A model generated the notes under the pieces. That model was not told the origin of the DNA. It did no database searches and saw only the letters and a program-made list of their open reading frames with translations. A program made the position numbers and the translations under genes. A stretch of 64,000 nucleotides of DNA from an uncultured Bacteroidales bacterium (GTDB taxonomy: Bacteria > Bacteroidota > Bacteroidia > Bacteroidales > FEN-979): assembly GCA_903959905.1 (NCBI GenBank), contig CAJBYO010000029.1, positions 78,972-142,971 on the forward strand. Reading direction: 5' to 3'. How positions within the stretch are numbered: the first letter of the stretch is position 1; the number at the start of each line of letters is the position of its first letter. Below are positions 1 to 9,779 of the stretch, piece by piece.

Positions 1-159
1 CTTACCGGAACGGTGGCATGGACAGGATCAATCAACTGCCATGCAGGATCGAACACGGTCACTGTGCCTTTATATTCTGTGAAGGCCGGAATGTACCTGT
101 TCATGATAAACATGCCTGACGGAACCCTGGTTGCTGCAAAAAAACTTCTCCGGTACTGA
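1..159 (+). CDS. 3' end of a T9SS type A sorting (C-terminal) domain protein, partial
   Basis: Own translation of frame 1: LTGTVAWTGSINCHAGSNTVTVPLYSVKAGMYLFMINMPDGTLVAAKKLLRY*, matching the ltG...GmY...K CTD pattern. Confidence 0.7.
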   Translation, partial: LTGTVAWTGSINCHAGSNTVTVPLYSVKAGMYLFMINMPDGTLVAAKKLLRY

Positions 160-201
160 GAAATAATTTTCTAAATTTACTGTTCCAACATCTGCCACCC
201 C

Positions 202-747
202 TTGTTTGACGAAGACAAAGATCTCATTGCGCGTTGCCTCAACAGGGAGGTTGCTGCAGAATACCAGATCTACCGTCGCTTTGCTGCAAAGATGTTTGGA
301 GTTTGTCTGCGTTATTGCGGAAATGATGCAGAGGCCGAAGAGGTTCTTCAAAGCGGATTTATCCGGTTGTTCGCCAATCTTCAACAGTTCAGGTTTGACG
401 GCACCCTTGACGGATGGGTTCTGCGCATCTTTATCACAACAGCCATCAATCACCGGCGCGATAACCTCAGGTACAGCCAGGTAGTTGAGTTGTCAGACGA
501 ATTAGAAGATTCCGGCGGAAATGATGCCCTGTCGCGACTGTCAGTTAAAGAGCTCCTTACCATGATTCAACAGTTGCCTGAAGGTTCCCGCACTGTTTTT
601 AATATGTATGTGATTGAAAATTATAAACATAACGAAATTGCAGCAATACTGGGGATATCCGAAGGAACCTCCAAATCACAGCTGAACCAGGCCAGGGCCA
701 CCATCAGGCAAATGTTAAAAAACACAGAAAAAAAACGATCTTTGTAA
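202..747 (+). CDS. ECF RNA polymerase sigma-70 factor
   Basis: Region 2 (AEEVLQSGFIRLF...GWVLRI) and region 4 (HNEIAAILGISEGTSKSQL) motifs. Confidence 0.92.
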   Translation: MFDEDKDLIARCLNREVAAEYQIYRRFAAKMFGVCLRYCGNDAEAEEVLQSGFIRLFANLQQFRFDGTLDGWVLRIFITTAINHRRDNLRYSQVVELSDELEDSGGNDALSRLSVKELLTMIQQLPEGSRTVFNMYVIENYKHNEIAAILGISEGTSKSQLNQARATIRQMLKNTEKKRSL

Positions 748-755
748 TACACACC

Positions 756-1346
756 ATGGAGCAAAAGGATCCCATAGAAGATAAGTTCAAATCTGCCTTT
801 TCAGGTTTTGAGCAGGAGCCTCCGGAAAGGGTTTGGAACAACGTTCGTGCCCAGTTGCACCCGGTGCCTGTTCCATTGTCTTTCTGGGGAAGGATGATGA
901 AGTTTTCAGGATTGCTTCACCTTCATCCCGCCCTGTTTTTCACCATCAGTGGCACCGCGTTTGTTTCCCTTTTAACGGTGGTCTATGTTTTTGCGTTCGG
1001 GCACCAGTCGATCCGCGGCCATGCCTATGCGGGGCTATCACGCATGAGCAGCGGCAATGTTGAGTTGTTTGTTGTTGCTGACAAGGCAATGCCCTGGGAT
1101 TCAGTTACTCATTACCGTTCGGCACTGATTGATCATTTCGGCCATTTTCAGTTTGCACGGGTCAGCCAGGGACGATATTTACTCCGTATCGCCCCGGAAG
1201 AGAACTCGGAAACAGCGAAAACCTATGCTCCCTGCTGGTACAAAGGGCATGAGCGGTCGGACTCGGCAGATGTTGTATTGGTAGAGAGGAAGGATGTGGT
1301 TGTGGATGTGAAGCTAATGAAAAATGGTGAAACGGTAAAACGGTAA
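756..1346 (+). CDS. Putative anti-sigma factor (N-terminal PPERVW motif, one TM helix, periplasmic Ig/CarboxypepD-like domain)
   Basis: Follows the ECF sigma; typical Bacteroidota anti-sigma N-terminus; single hydrophobic segment. Confidence 0.65.
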   Translation: MEQKDPIEDKFKSAFSGFEQEPPERVWNNVRAQLHPVPVPLSFWGRMMKFSGLLHLHPALFFTISGTAFVSLLTVVYVFAFGHQSIRGHAYAGLSRMSSGNVELFVVADKAMPWDSVTHYRSALIDHFGHFQFARVSQGRYLLRIAPEENSETAKTYAPCWYKGHERSDSADVVLVERKDVVVDVKLMKNGETVKR

Positions 1347-1392
1347 AACGGTAAAACGGTAAAATGGTAAAATGGTAAAATGGTAAAATGGT
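1321..1392 (+). repeat. 8-nt tandem array (RAAAYGGT)x9, overlapping the anti-sigma stop codon
   Basis: aaaatggt gaaacggt (aaaacggt)x3 (aaaatggt)x4. Confidence 0.95.
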
Positions 1393-1407
1393 GATAGTGG
1401 GGGTGGG

Positions 1408-1854
1408 TTAATTATCGCTGGCGAACCATTCGGCGTAGGAGTTGGCGGTTTCGCGCAGGCGCAGACTGTGAAGCTTGATCCCCGGTGGTAAAAGATCCCC
1501 GATGCGTTTTGCAAAATCAACAAGGAAATTCTCACTGGTCGGCTGGTATGGTAAAAAGAGAACGTTGGTAAAGGGTTCGCCAAGCCGCTGCAATTCCTGT
1601 GCAGGCATGTCTTCATTCAGAAGGAGTGCGTGATCAAAGGGGTCGACAATGTGTTTTTTAATGATCCTTTTCAGGTCGCCGAAATCCATCACCATTCCAA
1701 GTTTTACAGATGACCTGTCAGTAACAGGCGGGCCGATCACCGTGACGGAGAGCTCATACGAATGGCCGTGTACGTTTTTGCATGGCCCGTCATATCCCAT
1801 CAAAGCATGGGCTGCTTCAAACCTGAATTCTTTGGTTACCCTGATCTGGTTCAT
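1408..1854 (-). CDS. queD: 6-carboxy-5,6,7,8-tetrahydropterin synthase (QueD/PTPS family)
   Basis: FEAAH, C-x-x-x-HGHSY, DFGDLK, FDH and PTSEN motifs; start reset to MNQIRV downstream of a TATCTTTG promoter. Confidence 0.88.
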   Translation of the reverse strand: MNQIRVTKEFRFEAAHALMGYDGPCKNVHGHSYELSVTVIGPPVTDRSSVKLGMVMDFGDLKRIIKKHIVDPFDHALLLNEDMPAQELQRLGEPFTNVLFLPYQPTSENFLVDFAKRIGDLLPPGIKLHSLRLRETANSYAEWFASDN

Positions 1855-1906
1855 GTGATTGATTTGGCCGGCAAAGATAAGAAAATACCCCGTACAGAGA
1901 AGTTCA

Positions 1907-2467
1907 TTAAAGTATGGCAAGGTGCTCCAGTACCACCTTTACACCAATGGCGATAAGGACAATACCACCCCCAAATTCAGCCCAGCGGGCTGGAATAAAG
2001 GATGTTTTTTCCCCCAGTTTAGCTCCTGCAACCGAAACAAAAAAAGTTACCACAGATATGATGATGACCGCTTCGTAGATGTTGGCCCTGATAAACCCGA
2101 ATCCAAGCCCGGTAATCAATGCATCTATGCTTGTGGCAATAGAAAGGGTGAGCAACACTGAAATTTTCATGATATCAAGTGATCGCTTGTTGTCGCCGAT
2201 CAGGAACGACTGCCAAACCATCTTGATCCCGATGAATGCAAGGATGGCAAAGGCGATCCAGTGGTCAACCGGCTCAATGAACGATTGAAGGCTGTGACCG
2301 ACAAGCCACCCGATGAGTGGCATAAAGCCCTGGAAAAGGCCAAAGAGCAATGACATGCGCAAAATGTCTTTCCATGCAAGCCGGCGCGAAGTGCCAAAAG
2401 TCAGCGCTACTGCGAAACAGTCCATAGACAGCCCCAGCGAGATCAGGATAAGTTCAGTAAAATTCAA
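1907..2467 (-). CDS. mntP: Manganese efflux pump MntP
   Basis: LSMDCFAVA and ATSIDAL repeated motifs, DHWIAF. Confidence 0.9.
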   Translation of the reverse strand: MNFTELILISLGLSMDCFAVALTFGTSRRLAWKDILRMSLLFGLFQGFMPLIGWLVGHSLQSFIEPVDHWIAFAILAFIGIKMVWQSFLIGDNKRSLDIMKISVLLTLSIATSIDALITGLGFGFIRANIYEAVIIISVVTFFVSVAGAKLGEKTSFIPARWAEFGGGIVLIAIGVKVVLEHLAIL

Positions 2468-2925
2468 TGGTAGATGAAATTAACTATTTTTTCAAGCCAT
2501 TCCGCATCAGTCGTATCAAAGGATCCCAGTGATTCGCTGTCCACGTCAAGCACACCGGCAATCACTCCGTCATTGTTCAGCACCAGCACAACAATTTCCG
2601 ACTGTGACCTGGAGTCGCACGCAATGTGTCCGGGAAATTGATGCACATCCTGAACAACGACGGTCTTTCCCTGGTCAATTGCCGCCCAGCAAACGCCTGT
2701 ATGCTTCTGCAAAACCTGGCAGGCAAGCGGCCCCTGGTAATTTTTTACTGTGAGTTCACCTGCCCTGAGGAAATAAAAACCGGTCCAGAAAAAGTACTCC
2801 ATTTTGTGGTGCAGCACGGCGACAATGGTTGCCATCCGTGCGTCAGGATCGCCGGTTTTTTTCATCAGTTCTTCCAGCTGTGAATACAAACGGCTGTAGC
2901 GGGCTTGCTTCTTTGAATTCTCCAT
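2464..2925 (-). CDS. msrC: GAF-domain free methionine-(R)-sulfoxide reductase
   Basis: FFWTGFY, YQGPLAC, GVC, FPGHIACD, SEIV and VLDVDS motifs. Confidence 0.82.
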   Translation of the reverse strand: MENSKKQARYSRLYSQLEELMKKTGDPDARMATIVAVLHHKMEYFFWTGFYFLRAGELTVKNYQGPLACQVLQKHTGVCWAAIDQGKTVVVQDVHQFPGHIACDSRSQSEIVVLVLNNDGVIAGVLDVDSESLGSFDTTDAEWLEKIVNFIYH

Positions 2926-2933
2926 GGTTTTGG

Positions 2934-4307
2934 TCAGGCGAGATCGAGGGCAACGGTGAAATGTCGCATGATTGGGGCCTCCGTCTTTATCTTCAAGCCT
3001 TTACGAATGGAGTCACGGCGGTCATGAATGTTTTTCAGGGCAACAGCCACCACATCCATGTGATTGTTGGTATAGGTTCTGCGCGGAATGGCAAGCCGCA
3101 TGAGTTCGAGGGCCGGATACCTGTTTTCGCGGGTTACAGGATCTCTGTCGGCCAGCATAGCTCCGATCTCAACTCCGCGCACGCCGGCTTCAAGGTAAAG
3201 TTCCACAGCGAGCGTTTGGGCCTGGAATTCTTCTTTGGGTACATGTGGCAGGAAACGCTTGGCATCAACAAAAACTGCATGTCCGCCAATAGGCTGCTGT
3301 ACCGGAATCCCTAATTCCATCAGTTTGTTCCCCAGGTACTCTACCTGCCTGATCCGGGTTTCCAGGTAATCAAATTCTGTTCCCTCATACAGTCCGCGGG
3401 CAAGGGCATTCATGTCCCGGCCCGACATGCCCCCGTAAGTAATGTACCCTTCAAACATGATATTGAAGACACTGGCCTTGCAGTGCAGTTCTTTGCTGCG
3501 CATGGCGATGAAACCGCCCATGTTTACAATGGCATCTTTTTTGGCGCTCATGGTCATCACATCGGCACAGGCAAACATGTCGCGCACAATTTCCCGGATG
3601 GTCTTATCCTGGTATCCCTTTTCTCGCAACTTGATAAAGTATGCATTTTCGGCAAAACGGGCAGAGTCAAACACCACCTGTTTTCCGTATTTATCGGCCA
3701 GCTGGCGCACCATCCTGAGATTTTCAATGGAAACAGGCTGCCCGCCGGAAGAGTTACACGTTACAGTTACAATGATGAAAGGTATTCTGTCTCCCTCGGC
3801 TTTGAGGATGTTTTCGAGTTTTACCGGGTCAACATTGCCCTTGAAGGGGTGTGACAGCGTTGTGTCAAATGCTTCATCAATGGTGCAATCAACCGCCGTT
3901 GCTTTGCGGAATTCAATATGACCCTTTGTTGTATCAAAATGTGAGTTGCCCGGTACAATATCACCCTCTTTGATGAGGACGGAGAAAAGTACATTTTCTG
4001 CCGCACGGCCCTGGTGGGTCGGTAAAAAGTGTTCAAAGCCGAGTACCTCCTGAATTGCCTCCTTCATTTTGAAATAGGAGGAGGCGCCGGCGTAGCTCTC
4101 GTCGCCCAGCATAATTTCCGACCATTGCCTGTCGCTCATTGCACCGGTTCCCGAGTCGGTAAGAAGGTCAATGAAAACCATGTCACTTTTCAAGCCAAAC
4201 AGGTTATAATCAGCATCTTTAATCCACTTTTCACGTTCCTGGCGGGTGCTTTTGCGGATTGGCTCCACCATCTTGATTTTGTACGACTCGGCGAAGGGTA
4301 ACTCCAT
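2934..4307 (-). CDS. tnaA: Tryptophanase (PLP beta-eliminating lyase)
   Basis: DLLTDSGT, HQGRAAE, DSARFAEN, MSAKKD; C-terminal RHFT is the tryptophanase form rather than tyrosine phenol-lyase RFFT. Confidence 0.85.
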   Translation of the reverse strand: MELPFAESYKIKMVEPIRKSTRQEREKWIKDADYNLFGLKSDMVFIDLLTDSGTGAMSDRQWSEIMLGDESYAGASSYFKMKEAIQEVLGFEHFLPTHQGRAAENVLFSVLIKEGDIVPGNSHFDTTKGHIEFRKATAVDCTIDEAFDTTLSHPFKGNVDPVKLENILKAEGDRIPFIIVTVTCNSSGGQPVSIENLRMVRQLADKYGKQVVFDSARFAENAYFIKLREKGYQDKTIREIVRDMFACADVMTMSAKKDAIVNMGGFIAMRSKELHCKASVFNIMFEGYITYGGMSGRDMNALARGLYEGTEFDYLETRIRQVEYLGNKLMELGIPVQQPIGGHAVFVDAKRFLPHVPKEEFQAQTLAVELYLEAGVRGVEIGAMLADRDPVTRENRYPALELMRLAIPRRTYTNNHMDVVAVALKNIHDRRDSIRKGLKIKTEAPIMRHFTVALDLA

Positions 4308-4446
4308 GGGCTGAAGGTGTTATGGTTGTTGACAAAGATAGGATTATTTTTCAAACAATTTTTTTCGTAACTGCTTGTCTGTTTGCTAAAAATCGCGTAG
4401 GTTTGTTCCCAAAGAAAGTGTTGTGAATTTTGGAACAGACGGGCGG

Positions 4447-4534
4447 GCGGATAAGCGGACGGGTGGACATGCGGACAGGTGGACAAGCGGACAGGTGGAC
4501 ATGCGGACAGGTGAGCGGTTGAACAGGGTAGCGG
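4447..4534 (+). repeat. 8-nt tandem array (GCGGACAG/GTGGACAT-like), about 11 units
   Basis: gcggataa gcggacgg gtggacat gcggacag gtggacaa gcggacag gtggacat gcggacag gtgagcgg ttgaacag; reverse complement of the family at 55833-55936. Confidence 0.9.
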
Positions 4535-4582
4535 GGTTGCATTTTTTCGGACAGGTAATTTTTAACTTATAAATACTATTTT

Positions 4583-5509
4583 ATGACTACAACAACTGGT
4601 GAACAGGGAAGTTTTTGTTTGACGAAGCTTTCCGAGCTGAATGAACTGGCGAGAAAATCCACAAAGAAAAGGCTGGCGGTAGCGGTTGCACATGACGAGC
4701 ACTGTCTTGAAGCGATTTGTGCTGTTGACAGGATGGGATTGGTTGAAGCGATCCTCGTGGGCAATGAGAAGAAAATCCAGGAAATTGCTGCAAAGCTGAA
4801 GCTGGATGTGAGCAACATGAAGATCATCAATGAGGAGGTGGATGCCAACTCCGTGAAGATCGCAGTAAGCATGGTACGCAAAAAGGAGGCCGATATCCTG
4901 ATGAAGGGCAACGTGCCTACCGCTGTTTTCCTCCGTGGCGTGCTTGACAAAGAGAACGGCCTTCGCAAGGGTGAAGTGCTGTCGCATTTTGCCCTGTTTG
5001 AAGTTCCGACATACCATAAACTGCTTGGTCTCACGGATGCTGCCATGATTCCGGCACCCGATTTCAAAACCAAGGTTGCCATAACCACCAATGCTGTTGA
5101 GTTTATGAACAAACTTGGCTATGCGAAACCCAAAGTGGCGGTTCTTGCTGCTGTTGAGATGGTGAACGAGGCAATGCCAGCCACATTGGAGGCAGCCATG
5201 CTGTCGAAAATGGGTCAGCGCGGGCAGATTAAAAATTGCATCATCGACGGCCCGCTGGCCTATGACAATGCCGTGAGCGCCGCAAGTGCAAAACATAAGG
5301 GAATTGTAAGCGATGTGGCCGGCGATGCCGACCTGCTTATCGTTCCCGACATTGAAGCAGGCAACATCCTTTACAAAGCATTCGGATTTTCTGCCAATGC
5401 GAAACTTGCCGCAGTCGTTCTGGGCGCCGCCGCACCTATTGTGCTCACTTCGCGCTCTGATACCGAAGAGTCAAAGCAGGCCAGCATCGTGATGGCCGCT
5501 TCCATCTAG
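4583..5509 (+). CDS. ptb: Phosphate butyryltransferase
   Basis: ILMKG, DGPLAYDNA, PDIEAGN and LTSRSD motifs; co-oriented with buk. Confidence 0.9.
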   Translation: MTTTTGEQGSFCLTKLSELNELARKSTKKRLAVAVAHDEHCLEAICAVDRMGLVEAILVGNEKKIQEIAAKLKLDVSNMKIINEEVDANSVKIAVSMVRKKEADILMKGNVPTAVFLRGVLDKENGLRKGEVLSHFALFEVPTYHKLLGLTDAAMIPAPDFKTKVAITTNAVEFMNKLGYAKPKVAVLAAVEMVNEAMPATLEAAMLSKMGQRGQIKNCIIDGPLAYDNAVSAASAKHKGIVSDVAGDADLLIVPDIEAGNILYKAFGFSANAKLAAVVLGAAAPIVLTSRSDTEESKQASIVMAASI

Positions 5510-5532
5510 TTTTTATCAATCAAACTGCAATC

Positions 5533-7068
5533 ATGGCCAACAACCTGTTCCTGACAAAACCCCTGGGTGATCTGCTCCAGGAAGCGAAAGATAACAAAGC
5601 TGGACTGAAGAAAACCCTCACCGGTTTAAACCTCACCACGCTGGGTATCGGGGCGATCATCGGGGCGGGAATATTTGTCCTCACAGGTCAGGCTGCAGCC
5701 CAGTATGCCGGGCCGGCAATTGTGATCTCTTTCATCATTTCAGGGATCGCTTGCGCCTTTGCCGGCTTGTGTTACGCGGAATTCGCCTCCATGATTCCCA
5801 TTTCCGGCAGTGCCTATACCTATTCATACGCAACACTGGGTGAATTCCTGGCCTGGATCATTGGCTGGGACCTGATCCTTGAGTACCTTTTTGCTGCCTC
5901 AACAGTCTCAGTGGGATGGTCGGGTTATATGGTGAGCTTTTTAAAGGACTTTGGAATCTTTATCCCCACCGCACTCACTGCTGCAACCGGATCTGTACTT
6001 GTGGAAGTGCCCAAACTGGGATGGCAGCAACTTACAGACAACCTCAGCGCGGGCCTGCTTGCACAGGGGGTGAATGTTGACACCCTGCCGCACGTCACCG
6101 CCATCATCAATCTGCCTGCCATGTTTATCATTGCCGTGCTCACCCTGCTGCTCATTGTCGGCATCAGGGAATCGGCCAATTTTAACAACATCATGGTAAT
6201 CGTAAAAGTTGCCGTGATCATCATGTTCATTGCCATTGGCATTGTGTTTGTTAAGGCCGGGAACTGGCACCCGTTCATCCCGAAAAACACAGGGGAATGG
6301 GGGCATTTCGGATGGAGTGGCATATTGCGCGGAGCAGGGGTCATCTTCTTTGCTTACATTGGGTTTGATGCTGTATCTACTGCAGCACAGGAGGCAAAGA
6401 ACCCGCAACGGGACATGCCAGTCGGAATTCTGGGATCATTGACCATTTCAACTGTATTATATATCCTTGTAGCTATTGTATTGACCGGTATTGTAAGCTA
6501 TACTGCACTGAATGTTTCCGATCCCGTAGCTGTTGGCGTTAATGCGATGGGTGAAAGTATGTTCTGGCTCAGGCCGATCGTGAAAATTGCTGCCATTGCC
6601 GGATTAAGCTCTGTCATTCTGGTCATGCTGATGGGGCAGCCGCGTATATTTTATTCTATGTCGAAAGATGGGCTCCTGCCTCCGGTATTCTCAAAGGTGC
6701 ATTCCAAATATAAAACGCCATACATCAGCACCATTCTCACCGGGTGTGTGGCCATTGTGCTTGCCGGCGTGCTGCCGATCAGCATTCTGGGTGAACTTGT
6801 CTCCATTGGCACCTTGCTGGCATTTGCCATCGTGTGCATCAGCATTGTCGTTTTACGCAAAACCCGGCCCGACATTGAACGACCGTTCCGCACACCGTTT
6901 GTTCCTGCCATCCCTATTCTCGGGGCGTTGATCTGCCTGATCCAAATGGCGGCATTGCCGCTGGATACCTGGCTGCGACTGATCATCTGGATGGCCATTG
7001 GTGTTATCATCTACTTTTCCTACAGCTACCGTCACAGCAAACTCCGAAATCTAAACCCGACTAAATAA
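5533..7068 (+). CDS. APC-family amino acid permease
   Basis: GAIIGAGIF, CYAEFAS, GSAYTY, FFAYIGFDAV; many TM segments. Confidence 0.92.
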   Translation: MANNLFLTKPLGDLLQEAKDNKAGLKKTLTGLNLTTLGIGAIIGAGIFVLTGQAAAQYAGPAIVISFIISGIACAFAGLCYAEFASMIPISGSAYTYSYATLGEFLAWIIGWDLILEYLFAASTVSVGWSGYMVSFLKDFGIFIPTALTAATGSVLVEVPKLGWQQLTDNLSAGLLAQGVNVDTLPHVTAIINLPAMFIIAVLTLLLIVGIRESANFNNIMVIVKVAVIIMFIAIGIVFVKAGNWHPFIPKNTGEWGHFGWSGILRGAGVIFFAYIGFDAVSTAAQEAKNPQRDMPVGILGSLTISTVLYILVAIVLTGIVSYTALNVSDPVAVGVNAMGESMFWLRPIVKIAAIAGLSSVILVMLMGQPRIFYSMSKDGLLPPVFSKVHSKYKTPYISTILTGCVAIVLAGVLPISILGELVSIGTLLAFAIVCISIVVLRKTRPDIERPFRTPFVPAIPILGALICLIQMAALPLDTWLRLIIWMAIGVIIYFSYSYRHSKLRNLNPTK

Positions 7069-7082
7069 TAAGCAGTTTTCGC

Positions 7083-8159
7083 ATGAAAGACATCAGGGTT
7101 CTCGCCATCAATCCAGGCTCTACATCGACCAAGATAGCGGTGTATCAAAACAGTGAACCTGTATTTTTAAAGAATATCAAGCATACCACCGAAGAACTGG
7201 CCCCATTCGCAAAGATCACTGACCAGTTCCAGTTCCGCAAGGAGATCATCCTGCAACAACTAAAGGAGGCGGATACCAACATCCAGGAACTTCAGGCGGT
7301 GGTTGGCCGCGGAGGATTGCTTAAGCCCATTCCATCCGGCATTTATGAAGTCAATGATGCCATGATCGCCGACCTGAAAAGCAGTCCGTTCGGTGAGCAT
7401 GCCAGCAACCTGGGGGGACTCATTGCCCATGATCTCGTTGCTTCGCTGCCCAATGCGAAGGCATATATCGTTGACCCCATTGTGGTAGACGAGTTTGAAG
7501 ATATTGCCCGGATCTCCGGTCACCCGCTGATGGCACGTGTCTCCATTTTCCACGCCCTGAACCAGAAGGCGGTGGCACGTGAATATGCAAAGTCTATCCG
7601 GCGTAAATACGAAGATCTGAACCTGATCGTGGTACATCTCGGGGGTGGGATCACCATTGGAGCCCACCGCAAAGGCCGTGTGATTGACGTGAACCAGGGG
7701 CTCGACGGCGAAGGCCCCTTCAGCCCCGAACGCACCGGTACCCTTCCTGTTGGCGACCTTGTCAGGCTCTGCTTCAGCGGCAAATACTCCCTGAAGGAGG
7801 TGCAGAAAATGGTGAAAGGGGAGGGTGGACTGGTTGCTTACCTTGGCACCAACAATGCCTACGATGTTGAAAAGATGGTGGATGCCGGCGATGCCCATGC
7901 CGAACTGATCTACCACGCCATGGCCTACCAGGTGGCCAAGTATGTTGGTGAGATGTACACCGTGCTCAAATGCGAGGTGGACGCAATCCTCATCACCGGC
8001 GGTATTGCCTACGACAAGGGATTCGTGAACTGGATCCAGGAACGGGTATACAAACTGGCACCCATCCATATATTTCCCGGGGAGGACGAGATGAAAGCAC
8101 TCGCGATCAATGGACTTATGGTGGTGCGGGGTGAACTGGAAGTACGCGAATACCAGTAA
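7083..8159 (+). CDS. buk: Butyrate kinase
   Basis: INPGSTSTK, GRGG, HASNLG, FHALN, HLGGG, GPFSPER and PGEDEM motifs. Confidence 0.95.
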   Translation: MKDIRVLAINPGSTSTKIAVYQNSEPVFLKNIKHTTEELAPFAKITDQFQFRKEIILQQLKEADTNIQELQAVVGRGGLLKPIPSGIYEVNDAMIADLKSSPFGEHASNLGGLIAHDLVASLPNAKAYIVDPIVVDEFEDIARISGHPLMARVSIFHALNQKAVAREYAKSIRRKYEDLNLIVVHLGGGITIGAHRKGRVIDVNQGLDGEGPFSPERTGTLPVGDLVRLCFSGKYSLKEVQKMVKGEGGLVAYLGTNNAYDVEKMVDAGDAHAELIYHAMAYQVAKYVGEMYTVLKCEVDAILITGGIAYDKGFVNWIQERVYKLAPIHIFPGEDEMKALAINGLMVVRGELEVREYQ

Positions 8160-8206
8160 TTTGAGGTTACAAGGTCCTCCCGCTCCGCAGGTAAGCAATC
8201 TCTTTT

Positions 8207-8302
8207 AAAACAGCACGCAGAAACCGCAGATGATGCAGATATTCACGGATGTGAAAATGATCTGTGTTTATCCGTCGGATCAGTGTCATCTGTGTTCTGT
8301 TT
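8207..8302. repeat. ~95 bp hairpin element, family B (9-10 nt CRGAT-core units in inverted arms)
   Basis: Arms AAACAGCACGCAGAAACCGCAGATGATGCAGAT.. and ..ATCCGTCGGATCAGTGTCATCTGTGTTCTGTTT; second copy, inverted, at 41226-41318. Confidence 0.8.
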
Positions 8303-8572
8303 ATTTTCAGAATCAGTACGAACAAGATTCATGCGTAGTTAGTCAATCACGCTTGGTTTATATTGGTTTTAAACCCTGCCTGTCAACTCTATGGGTGTGA
8401 GTTTGCTCAATCGAATAATAATTTCAACATTTTTGATAATTACCGGATAATTAATCAAAATAAGATATATATTTGTGCTTATTTAGACTAAATATAATGA
8501 ATTTGTTATGAAACACTTTCTGGTAATATCATTTTTGACGAACACCAATTCACCTTAATAAAGCTCCACCGC

Positions 8573-8815
8573 ATGAAACAGTACATCATTCTTATCTGTG
8601 GACTTTTATTAATGAATCTTCTTCTTTCCACTGCGATGAAAGGACAGTCTGGTGTCGGGGAAATTCCTTATGGAAATTCCAAGGCGGCCGGAAGTTATAT
8701 TTCAGTGAACGGTGTGAAAATTTATTATGAGATATACGGCGAAGGTCCTGCCCTTGTTTTGATTCATGGCAATGGGGGGAATATTGCCTACATAAAACCC
8801 CATAAGGCGAAATAA
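8573..8815 (+). pseudogene. Truncated alpha/beta hydrolase (N-terminal fragment)
   Basis: Signal peptide plus VNGVKIYYEIYGEGPALVLIHGNGG, then a stop; no catalytic Ser region. Confidence 0.8.
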
Positions 8816-8873
8816 GCGTCAATAAAAACAACAAATACAGTAATCAATAACCATAATCACTAAAAGTTCCATT

Positions 8874-9260
8874 ATGACAAATATAGATATAGTAAAGCTG
8901 GCATACTCCAATTTTGCCACAGGCAATGTGCCTGGTGTTCTCGACTTATTTGATCCGGCAATTGAATGGCACGAATGCAAAGGAATGCCATTTGTGAATG
9001 GCGACGGTATTTACATAGGCCATGCAGCGGTGGTAACAAACGTTTTCATGAACCTGCCAGTGTATTTTGATGGATTCAATATTGCAGTATCTGAAATATT
9101 CGGAACTGACGATAAAGTTGTGATGGTTGGCTATTACCAGGGACTGAATAAAGCCACCGGCCATCAGTTTAAAGCGAATGCAACGCACGTTTGGACAGTT
9201 AACAACGGAAAGCTGGTCCATTTTTTCCAGGCGGTGGATACAGTTGCTATTATCAGGTAA
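8874..9260 (+). CDS. SnoaL/NTF2-like family protein
   Basis: Y..FATGNV..VL.LFDPAIEW, GHAAV and HVWTV..GK motifs. Confidence 0.85.
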   Translation: MTNIDIVKLAYSNFATGNVPGVLDLFDPAIEWHECKGMPFVNGDGIYIGHAAVVTNVFMNLPVYFDGFNIAVSEIFGTDDKVVMVGYYQGLNKATGHQFKANATHVWTVNNGKLVHFFQAVDTVAIIR

Positions 9261-9287
9261 ATGAGGACAATTTGAAGGTAAGTTAAA

Positions 9288-9740
9288 ATGGAAAATTCAA
9301 TTTTAAACAGAAAACAATCTGACAAATTGATATTTCTGGGTATTTTGTTGTTCTTCCTCGGCTTGATAATCGGTCTGTTGGCCCCTGTGTTTGCGAATCC
9401 AAGACTAGGCGTATCAAGCCATATCGAAGGTGTATTAAATGGAATTTTCTTAATTGTCCTGGGATTGATCTGGCATAAGGTAGAACTGTCTGATACATGG
9501 CTGAAGATTACTTTTTTGCTGGCGTTGTATGGGACTTTTGCAAATTGGTTCGGGATGCTTATAGCAGCAGTTTTTAATGCAGGAAAAATGTTGGGAATAG
9601 TTGCGAATGGAAAAGAAGGCCCCTGGATTGCAGAGGGGATTGTTGCTTTTTTACTTATCACCTTATCCATTGCAATGTTGATAATATGTATATCTGTATT
9701 AGTAGGGTTGAACAGACATTCAAAACTGGAAGACCGATAG
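9288..9740 (+). CDS. 4-TM membrane protein, possible styrene-oxide isomerase (StyC)-like
   Basis: NPRLGVSSHIEGVLNG His motif and four hydrophobic helices; family assignment from memory. Confidence 0.5.
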   Translation: MENSILNRKQSDKLIFLGILLFFLGLIIGLLAPVFANPRLGVSSHIEGVLNGIFLIVLGLIWHKVELSDTWLKITFLLALYGTFANWFGMLIAAVFNAGKMLGIVANGKEGPWIAEGIVAFLLITLSIAMLIICISVLVGLNRHSKLEDR

Positions 9741-9779
9741 AAAAAATAAATAAAAGAGGTTGTGACCTTTATACTTAAA

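Noticed and set aside
2934-4307. Tyrosine phenol-lyase call, and a tnaC-like leader
   Set aside because: C-terminal RHFT favours tryptophanase; the promoter lies about 25 nt from the start, leaving no room for a leader peptide
7260-8198. Long antisense ORFs (e.g. 7260-8198, 29575-30417, 47709-48545, 48590-49465, 60967-61845)
   Set aside because: Shadow frames opposite well-supported genes, with no recognisable motifs
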